The translations under genes and the position numbers were made by a program. From positions 19,096,001 through 19,160,000 of the forward strand of contig JBHGNT010000008.1 of assembly GCA_043228905.1 (NCBI GenBank): a DNA stretch of 64,000 bases, written 5' to 3'. This stretch comes from Azolla caroliniana (taxonomy: Eukaryota; Plantae; Polypodiophyta). The notes beneath the pieces are model-generated. The model had not been told where the DNA came from, made no database searches, and saw only the letters and a program-made list of their open reading frames with translations. Below are positions 35,158-46,691 of the stretch, piece by piece. The first letter of the stretch is position 1. Every line of letters begins with the position of its first letter.

Positions 35158-38100
35158 ACGCACACCGACAACAAGATGTTGTACGCGGAGGGAGATAGGC
35201 CCCGTGCTCGTGGTGGACGAGGCGAGTCGGAACACAATGGAGGCGACCGACGAGATCAAGGAAGAAGGCACCGAAGTGATGTTGACAGCAACTCCGGACC
35301 CTCCGGAAACAGGGGGAGTCGAGGCGACGAGAACCTGCAAAGGAAATCCGCCGCCGAGTGTTGATATTGTGGCAAGAAAGGCCATCGGGAAAGCGAGTGC
35401 TGGAAAAAGTGCGTCGAGTCGGAGAGGACCGGTTCTGGACATACCGACAAAGGAAACCGGCAACGATCGAACTACGCCGAAGGATCGGGAGAAGCCGGAA
35501 AATGGTCATTCTTCGTGACTAGACACGAAGCAAACTCAATGAAGCAGTCCGCCCCGAAATCGGACGAGGTGTGGTACGTCGACTCTGGCGTGTCAAACCA
35601 CATGATATGCCACGAGGAGTGGTTCTCATACCTTGAGAAACAGACGCAACAAGGAGTAGTCGCAACCGGAGACAACACTCCGCATTCGATCGCGAATGTC
35701 GGTGAAGTTCCCTTGAGCCATGTCGGGCAGAAAGGGAAACTTATGAACGTGTTACACGTCCCGACCATCACGAAGAATCTGGTGTCGGTCGGGCAGATCA
35801 TCGACCAGGGGATGCATGTTCGGTTTACCTACCTCGGGTGCTTCATTGGGGAAGAAGGCCGTATTATTGCGCAAGGGCGTAGAGATGGGAGGATGTTCAT
35901 CCTCGACTCTACTAACGGCGGCACCGCAATGTTCACGAAGGGACAAAAAGTCGAGTCAGACATCGACTTATGGCACAAGCGGATAGGCCACATCAACTAC
36001 CAGCGGCTTCAAGACCTGCAATCGAAACAAGTGGTGTTCGTATTGCCCAAATTTAGTGGCCGAAAGGCACAAATTTGTGAAGCCTGCCAGCTTGGGAAGC
36101 AACACCAATTTCCCTTCCCCAACGAGCGTAACCGGAGCCGGAACAAGCTCAAATTGATACACTCCGATGTGTGGGGGCCGACACAAAACGTTAGTCTTGG
36201 CGGGAGCCGATATTTCGTCTCCTTCATCGACGACTATATGCTGCACACATGGATCTACCTCATCGAGAGGAAGAGCGAAGTCTTCGACTGTTTCCGGAAC
36301 TTCAAAGGGTTCGTGGAAACGGAAATAGGAAGAAAGATCAAGTGCCTGCGGTCGGATGGCGGAAAAGAAAATACTTTTACGGTGAATTCAACGGTTCTCT
36401 ACAACAGATGGGAATTCGGCGTGAATTCAGTTGTAGATACACGCCGGAGCAAAACGACGTGGCCGAGAGGAAAAATCGGTCGGTTGTGGAAGCGGCACGG
36501 GAAATGTTGGAAGAGAAGAGCTTGCCCAAGTTCTACTGGGCCGAGGCAATAAGGACCGTTGTATACATCCATAATCGGATCGGAGATAAAGTGTCGACGC
36601 ACGAGTTATATTTCGAAACGAAGCCGAACTTGCGACACCTACGAGTTTTCGGTAGCATTGCGTATGTGCATGTGCCGAAGGAGAAAAGGAGGAAGTTGGA
36701 TGCGAAAGCCGAGAAGTGTATCTTGGCCGGCTATTCGGATGAGCAGAAGGGTTATAAGTGCTATAACCCGCGTACCAAACAAGCGCGCGTGAGCCACGAC
36801 ATTGTGTTTGATGAGTCCGCGTCCTGGTACTTGCCTCTGACTCCGGACCTCACCTCCAATCCGAGTTCTGAGGATGAGGTCAACATGGCCGAGATGCCTC
36901 CGGATGAGTCGGAAATCGGGACCCGCGAAGAGAGTCCGATTTTGTTTCGGTTAAGTGGACCGAATGAACGACTGAGTCGGTACGACCAGTCTGATGAAGA
37001 GCCGGCGAGTAGTGGAGACTCGGCCGTGCATTCCCCGCGCAGGAAGCCAAGGAGACGGCTTACACACAAAGAGAAAGGGAAGAAGAAGGTGTCGGATTCT
37101 GGCACGGATAGGAACGAGTCAGACCGACGTGAGTCCGACGTGAGTCCGACTCCGAGGAAAGCGGTGACGGACCTTCAAGAGCGAAGTTCGCGTCGGCCGA
37201 GAAAATCTCGACATCGGCTAATGACCGACTATGCCGATCTACCCGCCAGAAGAACCCAGTTGTGCGGTTCGGATACAACGAGTACATGGCGCATCATTAT
37301 GCGTACATGACCCGTGTAGCGGAAGTGCGTGAGCCGGAGAGCTACGCAGAAGCGGCTCAAGACGCGAATTGGCACGCCGCAATGGAGGAAGAGATGCACG
37401 CACTAGCGGAAAACGAGACCTAGGACCTGGTTGACGCACCGAAGGGTGTGAAGCCGATCGGATGTAGGTGGGTGTACAAGGTCAAGTACAACACCGACGG
37501 CTCGGTCAACCGATACAAGGCCCAGTTAGTAGCGAAAGGCTACGCGCAGAAACACAACATCGACTACGATGAGACGTTTGCGCCGGTCGCGAAGATGACG
37601 CCCGTCCGTGGTTTGCTCGCGGTAGCTGCGGCAAAGGGGTGGCACTTACATCAGATGGATGTAAAGAATGCGTTCCTGCAAGGTGAGCTTGAGGAATAGG
37701 TGTACATGGTATAGCCCCCCGGATTTCACTCCAGAACGAACACTTCGGCAATGTGCCGATTGAAGAAGTCCCTTTATGGACTGAAACAAGCCCCGTGTGC
37801 TTGGAACACGAAGATCACGCATCGACTGCGTCGGATGGGCTTTGCGACGTCAAAATCGGACTCCTCACTGTTCGTTCGGAAAGGTCGACTCGAGCCGGTC
37901 AGTATTTTACTCTATGTTGATGACTTGGTAATCACCGGCGCCGATCTAAGTGAAATCAACCGCGTGAAGCTCCAGCTTGCGGCATCGTTCGACATGAAGG
38001 ATCTGGGGGACCTTCAGTACTTTCTTGGGATCGAAGTGATCCGCACCCCTGAAAGCATACTGATCAGCCAAAGTCATTACACGTTGAATATGCTCTTCAA

Positions 38101-41100
38101 ATTCGGGATGGCAGACTCTAAGTCCGTCTCGACTCCTCTAGATAGAATCGTCAAGCTTCGCCCCGAGTCTGGCAAGGTATGCGATCCGACGAGGTTCCGA
38201 CAGATAGTCGGCAGCCTCATATACTTGACCATCACCCGACCCGATCTCAGTTATCCGGTCGGGGTGATCAGTCAGTTCATGGCGCAACCTACCGAGGAGC
38301 ACCTTCAGTGTGCGCAACGCGTAATGCGGTACGTAAGCGGCACTAAGGACCGATACAGCCCCGCAGTTGGTCGGCTACATCGATCGACGATCCACGTCCG
38401 GATACGCGTTCTCTCTTGGGAGTGCCGCGATAGCGTGGCGTAGCAAGAAGCAGCCGATAGTTGCGCTGTCGAGCACCGAAGCCGAGTATAGAGGAGCGGT
38501 TGTCACGACATGCGAAGCCCTATGGTTGAAGCGGCTATTTAAGGATCTGCAGGTGGGGGTGTTTGATCCGACGACGATCTACTGTGACAACCTCGGTAGC
38601 ATCCAGCTCGCGAAGAACCCCGTCTTCCACGCACGGACCAAGCACATTGAGGTGCACTACCATTTTGTCCGTGAGCGTGTCCTTTCTGGTGAAGTCGAAC
38701 TTCAGTATGTTTCGACGGATCGACAGGCCGCCGACATCTTCACCAAGCCTCTTGGTCTGGACAAGTTGCGGCAATTCTCGGGTGCGCTTGGATTGCGTCA
38801 CCTCGACGTGCCAAACTTGAGGGGGAGAGATGTCCCGAATGACCATGGAAGGAAGCAGGAAAGGAGCGGAGAAGACCGCGACGTCGAGTTGGATGACGAA
38901 TTCGATTTCGGATCGGCTGAAGAAGCCGAGGGCGGATCCGCGGAAGAATCCGAAAGCGGACATAAGGGGAGCACCCGGAAGAAAGAGCCAAAGCCAACCA
39001 AGCATGGGGGAGATGATGCTGTCAAGGGCGAAAAGACCGAAAACGAGTTGGAGACAGCCAACTCGGACGAGAGCGAAAACCGATCGGAGGTAGTCGAGTC
39101 GGTTCGAGTGTTTGATTCGGATACACTGAATCAACCGAGGGCCAAGCGGAAAAGAAGGCAACAGGAGAAGCACCAACACCGTGATAGCAAGGGAGCTGTG
39201 AAGGGTTGTACCGACCGGAAGGGTCGAAGCGCACGGAGTCAAAAAGGCCGAGGAGCGCGAGCGAGGCGTGGAGCCAGGAGGAACTAGAGCGGTGATCCGG
39301 AAGATCCCGAAGAGCCTCAAATTGAGCTTGAGGGGGAGTGTTGAGAGACAAGCTCAACATTGGCCGAATCGGCTGAGCAAGCCGAGGACCGGATCGGTTG
39401 GGACCAATCGGTTAGGCCGGACCAATGCGTAAAACGGTACGCAAACCGGTGCATAGGAAGGCCGTATCAGTGTGTAAACCGAAAGGCCGTTAGAAAGATA
39501 TTCCTCGTAAGGAATAATTTTGGGAGTAAGAGTTGAGGCTCATTTATGACCAGTCAAGTACTGTCAGTAGTTGTGTCAGCCCGATTGTCAGAACTTGTAT
39601 AAAAGTGCTCATTCAACACATCCTATGTACAGTTTTTGAATATTAGTTTTTGAATTAAGTTCTGTGTTTACTCTCTCTCTGTCTCTTCCGTGCGTACTGT
39701 GCAAACCTAAGCTCTCCATTAAACCTGCGTTTTCGGTTGTTCAGTTTTCTATATTGCTTCCGCATGCAATTCTTTTCAAAGATAAACAGATGTACACAGA
39801 GATTTACGTGGAAACCCTAAAACAGGGAAAACGACGAGTGAACAGATTTCTTCACTATACAAAGTGGATATACAACACCGAGAAGAATACAACACTTTGT
39901 CGAGTGTATCAGCATCACAAGGCTCTTCGCGTCTGTTGTTACTCACATAGCTATGGCGCGGCTCACACTCTCTTGCATTCTACAACTTCTGTTCTTACTC
40001 ACAGTTCTATTGTTCATCATTACACAAAGTTTGCCCTAGTTGTATATATACTTACACAACTTTCTGGCTATTTACATACATAGCCCTCATGGGGCGCACA
40101 CTTAGACTATTTACAAGTATAGTCACCCGAGTTGGCTATTTACACGATTCCGGTTTCGGCCTCGGCCGAGTTCCTCATCAACTCGGCTCCTGATTTCCGA
40201 CTCTTTGACTGTCGGCTTTCTGAACAGTCAGATCATCCTCCCACTGGAGGGACATATTCCCAACAAGTTAGAGGACATGAAGATTAGAATGACATAAAAG
40301 TAGGGAAACTTAGATGTAAAGGGGGACTCAAACGTTCGGAGGGGACTCAACACTTTGAAAACTCAAACATTCGGAGGGATTCAAACACTTGGATGACTCG
40401 AATGTTCGGAGGGGGCATGAATGCTCCCATGACTCGAACTATTGGAGGACTTGAATTTAGTCCAATTTAGTGAAGGAGTCGAACATTGTCAAGGGCTTGA
40501 GTGTGCCCAAGAGCTTGAATGATGCAAATAACTCAAGCGTAGATGATGCGAATGTAGACAACGATGATCAAAATGAGAGGATAATCCTACAGTGAAGGTT
40601 TTAAAGCACAAGGTTAGCGCGTTGTCGTGAAGAAAACTGGCCATAGGCGGAATCGGAGAGAAAGCGCGTAAACCGGCCCCTACACGGATGGACGCATGAC
40701 TGGATACTTTGGGGAGGGCTGCTGCAGAAGGGAAGCCGAGCTCTCTCTCTACTCCTCGAGCCGTCGTTCTCTATGGGTCCGTCGCCGCCTATGGGAGTGC
40801 GCTGCCTCTGTTTCGTGGACAACCCCTGTGCTTCCAACAGAGTCGCTCCCTTTTCCCTTTGTTTCTTGGAGTCGGGTGACTGTCGTCGGTGTGCGTGAGT
40901 AGGGTTCCCGTGTCGGGTCCGTCACCGCCTCGTCGGTTGTAACTGTCAGGGATTGTAATCTCTTGTCGTTATAATTAAGTGTTACAATTATATCTCTTTC
41001 CTTCTCGCTTTTCGTGTCGGTGAATATCTCTTTGTGTCTCTGTCTCTCTCGCGCCTCGGTCCAAGACCCCCGTGGTCCCGCCCCTTTCCACACGTACGCG

Positions 41101-41159
41101 CGTAATAACGCGACATCTTTGGTGAACCCGACGTGAACAGGCGGCAAAGGAGTTGAAAG

Positions 41160-43292
41160 ATGAGCGGATTGGAGCTAGCAGAGGCAATGGCGGTGGTCGT
41201 CGACTGGCTGGTGAGCGCTCGTGAGGGAACGGGTACCCTCGATAGAGCCATTGAATCGATCGTCGACTCTATAGGCCGTTTCGGAGGGAAAGACGCCACA
41301 AGTAATTTGGAGGCTTACCGGACCGAAATGATCATGAGGGATATCTCGGTGGACAGGCGGTTGTCCGGATTCCCTCGGGTGGTGACATCAGGCATCCATG
41401 CGGAGGTGCTCGAGGTGCTGGCCGGATGCCAGACTTGGGAGGAGTTCGAGCTGCAGCTCCTCGAGAAGTACGGGTTTGACGACTCGCTCCGCCTGTCGCG
41501 GCGGGACTTCATGGCGTGGGTGGAAAGCCCCAGAAAAGGGAGGAACACGTCGGTGCTCCTCCATAAGTTCGAAAAACGGTTTGCGCGGCTATCGACGTTG
41601 GACCGGACGGTGCTCGAAACAAGTCGAGTGCTGCTGTTTGTCAAGTCGGTGGATGCACTCGACAGGGAAAAGGTGGGTCCCCTACTGGAAACGGACGAAG
41701 GGCTCACGACGGATTGGGCCGTGGTAAAACGGGTTTGCAGCCGTTTCGACAAACGGCGCGATTGGAGCGACGGAAGCACGTCGGGGTCGGGGCCGGTCCC
41801 GGGGAGGAGGCTCGAGGAGCCGGTTTCGATGCCGACTGGGAGGAAGGAAGAGACCTGAATCTGGCCGGAGTCGGGGTCGGCATCAAGCGACGTGGTCAGA
41901 GGCCCATCCGGAGGAGCGGCTCTGGAGGAGCTAACACAGATGGTGCGCGACCTGCAGATCGCACAGGCTCGGAGAGACAACAGTGAACAACCTCACGACC
42001 GGAGGCCGCCGGCTGGGCAGCGGTGCATGTGGTATGACGCGATCGGTCACATTCGGAAGGATTGCGCGGATTTCACCGACGCGCTCAGGACCAATGTGGT
42101 GTACCTCTGGAATGGGCGGGTGCACGCGAGCGAGACCCGGAGAGCCCTAGAACTGAATACGGGGCGCGGCGGAATGAAGAGGTTAATGGAAGAGGCCGCG
42201 GCACGGCACGTCGAAGCCGTTAACTACTCAGTGTCAGCGGGAATTCGGGTCGGGGGTGATGAGACCTGGAAGGCGAAGGACTCTGGATTCTGGCCGCTAG
42301 TGCTAGAAGGCCTTTCTGGAGTTCGGCTGAGGAAGGAAGAGGCGGACCGCGCGGAACAACCGGTCCAGGAGGTCACCGGTTGGGACGATCCGGTCGAAGA
42401 GAAAACGGGCTTCGTAGAAGCTGCTTGCCAGAACTACGAGGTTCTAGTGGAGGACAAACGGGTAGGAAAGGCCGGAGGGGTTGGCCCCCCGAGGTATGAG
42501 ACCCGATTCAGACCGAAACCGACCGGTGCCAGCAACCCAAGCATGCCGGATGGGAAGAAGCAGGCGGGGTTTCGGTTGAGCACCGAAATCGAGAGAGAAA
42601 TGGACCTACGGAAGGTCCTTGAAGAGTGAATCCTCGATAGTAAAGTGGAGTTGTCGTTGCGGGAGGTGCTGGGAATCGCCAAGAGGGAGTTCCACGACTC
42701 TATCGTAGACTTGGTGAAGCGGAAGAGGCTCTCGACGGAGCCGGAACCGGAGAAGCCGGTGGAAGTGAGGACCACGCACCTGGAAGACGGAGCCTTGCAA
42801 GATGAGTTGGCGGGAAGCCACTACACGAAGCCGCATTGGGCCAGGGCGACTACGGAAACCCCAGTACGGATTGGCAACGTTTTGGAACCAGTGGTGGCGT
42901 TGGTAGACCATGGATCCGAAATCAACCTGATGTCCATGGATTTCTACAAGAAGGGTAAATGGCCGATCAACACCAAGCATGGCTGGAAGATACGGGCAGC
43001 GACGCGCGCCACAGAAGAACTACATGGGGCCTGCCCGAACGTACGGGTGAAAATCGGCGATGTCGAGATCGACCAACACTTCTTCGTGCAGGAGACGTCC
43101 TCGCATCTGGTTATACTGGGAGAGCCATATATCACGGCGGCACGGATGGAGACCGAGGTGTTGGACAACGGTTCTGCCTATGCAAGAGTCAAGAGCCAGG
43201 ACGGGCGTCACTCGGTCCAGTTCCTAACGGTGCGACCAAACCACGAGCGTAACCGCGAGGCCCTCGGCAGCGAAACCCGAGGGGATTTTTAG
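41160..43292 (+). pseudogene. Gypsy gag-protease ORF1
   Basis: One frame with two premature TGA stops (41856, 42627); zinc-knuckle remnant CMWYDAIGHIRKDC; aspartic protease LVDHGSEINLM...VILGEPY. Confidence 0.85.
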
Positions 43293-46200
43293 AGAGGGCT
43301 GTCAAGGCGTGGGGCCGCGATAGTCCAGACACCCGAGAAGAACCCCACAAATGTACAGTACGGAAGAAGACCTGTACCATAGGTAGGAAATTTTGGTTCT
43401 CCGACAGTAGAGGTTGTACTATAACCAACGTCAGCGGCAGGGAGAGGAAGCGAGCGGAGGAGCAGCTCAGGGGATGCGAAGTCCTCTTCCCCGACGAGGG
43501 CATCAACGGCGTTGTGGAGGCGGTCTCTTTTGACGACACCTTGGGCAAACTACGAAAGGTGATTGGTGAAGACCTTAGAGAAGACCGGACCGTTCCGGTG
43601 GGGTCAATGGGAATGTATGAAGTCATCGCAGACTTCGGGGAAAGGATCGGGTCGGATCGGACGGCCCGCGTGGATACGAAATACAAGACTGTGGACCGGA
43701 AGGTGAGGCCAATCGCGGCACCCTTGCCGGAGGGCAATGAGGAGCGGATAAAGGGGGTCGTGTCGGACCCAAGTTTACGAAATCCGGCTGGCATAGGGCA
43801 CCGGTTCACCGACATAACGCTATGGGAGCTCAAGGTCGGTGGGGGCGGCTTCCTACTGCCGGCGGAGGAGGACCGGTTTCGGAGAATGCTCGGGAGGCAC
43901 GGGAAGGCTTTCGCATTCTCACTAGAGGAGATCGGGTGCGTAGACCCGACAGTTGTCGAACCGATGGTGATCTTCACGGTACCGCATGTACCGTGGAATC
44001 TCAAGCTGATTCCGGTGCCAAGAGCTCACATCCCGAAGTTGATGGAGCTCCTAAAGCAAAAGTTGGAGATGGGCATCCTCGAACCGTCAAGTGCCCCGTA
44101 TTCGAATCGGTGGTTTACGGTGCCGAAGAAGAACGACACGTTGCGCTTCATCCAGGACCTACAACCGGTCAACAAGGTGACCATCCGTAACGCAGGGATC
44201 GAACCGACCATAGACGAGTTCGCGAAGGCCTTCGCTGGAAGGTCGATCTATTCTGTCGGTGATCTGTACTCGGGGTACGATCAATTCCAACTAGCTGTGG
44301 AGAGCAGAGATATTACGACGATGCGGACTCCTCTCGGCCTGGTGCGGATGTGTACCCTGCCACAAGGAGGGACGAACTCAGTGGCTCACATGGTGAACGC
44401 GATGAACAAAGTGCTCAGGGATTGTATCCCGGACATCACCATGTCATTCTTAGACAACATCCCGATCAAGGGATGCCCGGTGGAGAAAAGGGACGAGGCA
44501 ATCGGGCCGGACGGATGTCAGAATTTCGTGGCGTCCCACATCGATGACTATGAGAAGGTGTTGCAGAGACTAGAGCGCTCGAGGTTCACCTTCTCCGGGG
44601 AAAAGTCGGCCTTCGGACAGTCGGAGATCTTGGTGGTCGGACACCTGTGCGGGCCTTACGGTAGGAAACCGTCTCCGGCAAAGGTAGAGGCCATCTCCGT
44701 GATGAGGAACGTTTGCGGGTCGGTCACGGAGGTCCGCAGATTCTTGGGGGCATGCGCGTTCTACCACATCTGGATCCCGCACTACGCACATGTCGCGAAA
44801 CCCCTCTACGGACTATTAAAAAAGGGGCGTAGCTTTGAGTGGAGGACGGAGCACACGGAGTCGGTTCGGAGACTAAAGGAAGCGCTTACGGCAGCGCCGG
44901 CTCTCCGTAAAGTGGTTTACGGCAAGGATGATCCCATCTGCGTAACAGTGGACACCAGCCCGACCGGGATCGGGTGGGTAATCAGTCAGGAGGACAAGGG
45001 CGGCGTACGATTCCCGATCCGGTTCGGGGCGAAGGTATTGAGCGAGCGGCAACGAGGGTACGCCCAAGTTAAGCGTGAACTTTTGGGTGTCGTTTTGGCG
45101 GTCAAGGCTGACAAGGATTATCTGATCGGGGCGGAGGTGATTATCGAGACGGACTGCCTGCCGATACTCGGCATGGTTTCCGGATGCGCGACGCTGGACC
45201 TAGCAATGCTCCGGTGGATAGCGTACATTAAGTCCCTGAACCCGGAGATACGACACATCTCCGGAAAGGAAAATGCCATGGCCGACATGCTTTCGAGGGC
45301 AAGGTTCAACGACGAAGACGGCATGGTTTCGGAAGACGAAGAAGTCGGCGAGGACTTCTTTGGGTCAGCTAACGTAACGACGAGGAAAGGGAACATTCCG
45401 GCGCTTAACGAATTTGACGAAAGGAGGTATGACGGGGAGTGGCTCCAAATCGGGAGGTTCCTACGGACGATGACGCCGGACGCAGCATGGGCGAGAGAGG
45501 AGGCGAGCCGGATACGGAGGAAGGCGTATCGATTCTTCCTGTGGGACGGGTGCATATGGAGGCACCCAAAGAAGAGAAGTGACATTCCACTCCGAGTAGT
45601 GGCGAAGAAAGAAGAACAGGGGAAACTACTGACGGCATTTCACGAGAGCCCCTAGGCCGGATACTGCGGAACGTGGGCCACTTTCGAGAAGCTGAAGGAG
45701 AAGTCCTGGTGGTCGGGGTTGTACTAGGACATGCATCGGTTCGTAACGACTTGCGAGAGCTGTCAGATGCACTCCGTAGTCCGACTCCGAGACGAGCTAC
45801 ACCTGACCTACCCGCCTACGGTCCATTTCAAGTGGATGGTGAACTTGGTGACGATGTCGATGGGGGTAGGACAGATGCGATACCTGGTGCTTGCACGGGA
45901 AGACTTAACAAACTAGGTGGAAGGCCGTGCACTGCAAAGCAAGACAACCGCGGCGGTATGCCGGTTCCTGATCGAAGAAGTAGTGTGTCAGTACAGGTGC
46001 GTCGGGAGGATCGTGGTAGACCGGGGAGAGCTGGATGCGCGGGAGGCCGAGGAGCTGTTCGACCGGCTAGGCGTCAAACTCTCCCTCACCACGGCGTACA
46101 ATCCGGAGGCGAACGGAAAGGTGGAACGTGGGCACGGACCAATTGTAAAGGCGTTGGTGCGTGCATGCGGTGGGCAGGTCGGGAATTGGCCGCGACTCCT

Positions 46201-46691
46201 TCCTTACGCGCTACGGGCGGACCGGACTACGCACAGTTCGGTGACAAGGTTTATGCCGGCAGAGCTAATGTACGGAAAAAAGCCGATCATGCTAGTGGAA
46301 CGGACGGTTTCTTCATGGGTGGCGGTAGATTGGAAGGACGAAATGAGCCAGGAGGAGTTGCTGGCGGCGCGGATTCGGCAACTCCCGGTTGCGACCAAAG
46401 AAGATCGAGGAAGGCAACTGGGTCTTGGTATACGACAGCAGCCTCGACAATCAGCACAAGGCGGTGCGAAAGTTTGCTAGGAGATGGTTCGGGCCCTACA
46501 TGGTGACAAGCGCGAACGGCAACGACACGTACCACCTCGCGGAGCTCGACGGGACACGGTTAGCGGTGCTAGTGGCCGGAAAGCGGATCAAAGCTTTCAA
46601 AAAGCGGTTCGAAGACGAGCCGGAGCCTGCGAGCGGGAGCGACAATGACGATCAGTTCGGGTCCGGCGGAGAACCGGAGAGCAACGAGTGA
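43289..46691 (+). pseudogene. Gypsy pol (RT-RNase H-integrase)
   Basis: PSSAPYSNRWFTVPKK, DLYSGYDQF, LPQG, FLDN (RT); VDTS, IETD, NAMADMLSR (RNase H); CESCQ, DRGE, NGKVERGH, GPY (integrase); several stops and a frameshift near 46390. Confidence 0.9.

Larger units (their letters stand above)
13455..39287 (+). pseudogene. Copia A gag-pol, disrupted
   Basis: gag pieces 13455-13750, 29837-30129, 35162- rejoin in frame (KIFA|ASTTARKLQL; STS|THTDNKMLY). Protease WYVDSG (~35575), integrase (WHKRIGH...CEAC, HSDVWGP, RSDGG), RT (LYVDD ~37915), RNase H (ADIFTK ~38735). Multiple stops and frameshifts. Confidence 0.9.
12933..39778 (+). mobile_element. Degenerate Ty1/Copia LTR retrotransposon (Copia A) with two insertions in gag
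   Basis: 440-bp LTRs 12933-13372 and 39339-39778; TSD AAGAT (12928-12932, 39779-39783); altered tRNA-iMet PBS TGGTATCA(TA)GAGC at 13373; PPT GAGGGGGAG before the 3' LTR. Confidence 0.95.
12848..40265 (-). mobile_element. Copia solo LTR (~570 bp reassembled), split by a later Copia
   Basis: TG...CA ends; perfect 5-bp TSD AGTTA (12843-12847, 40266-40270); pieces 12848-12932 and 39784-40265; minus-strand start TGTTGGGAATATGTCCCTCC resembles the LTR at 22364. Confidence 0.85.
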
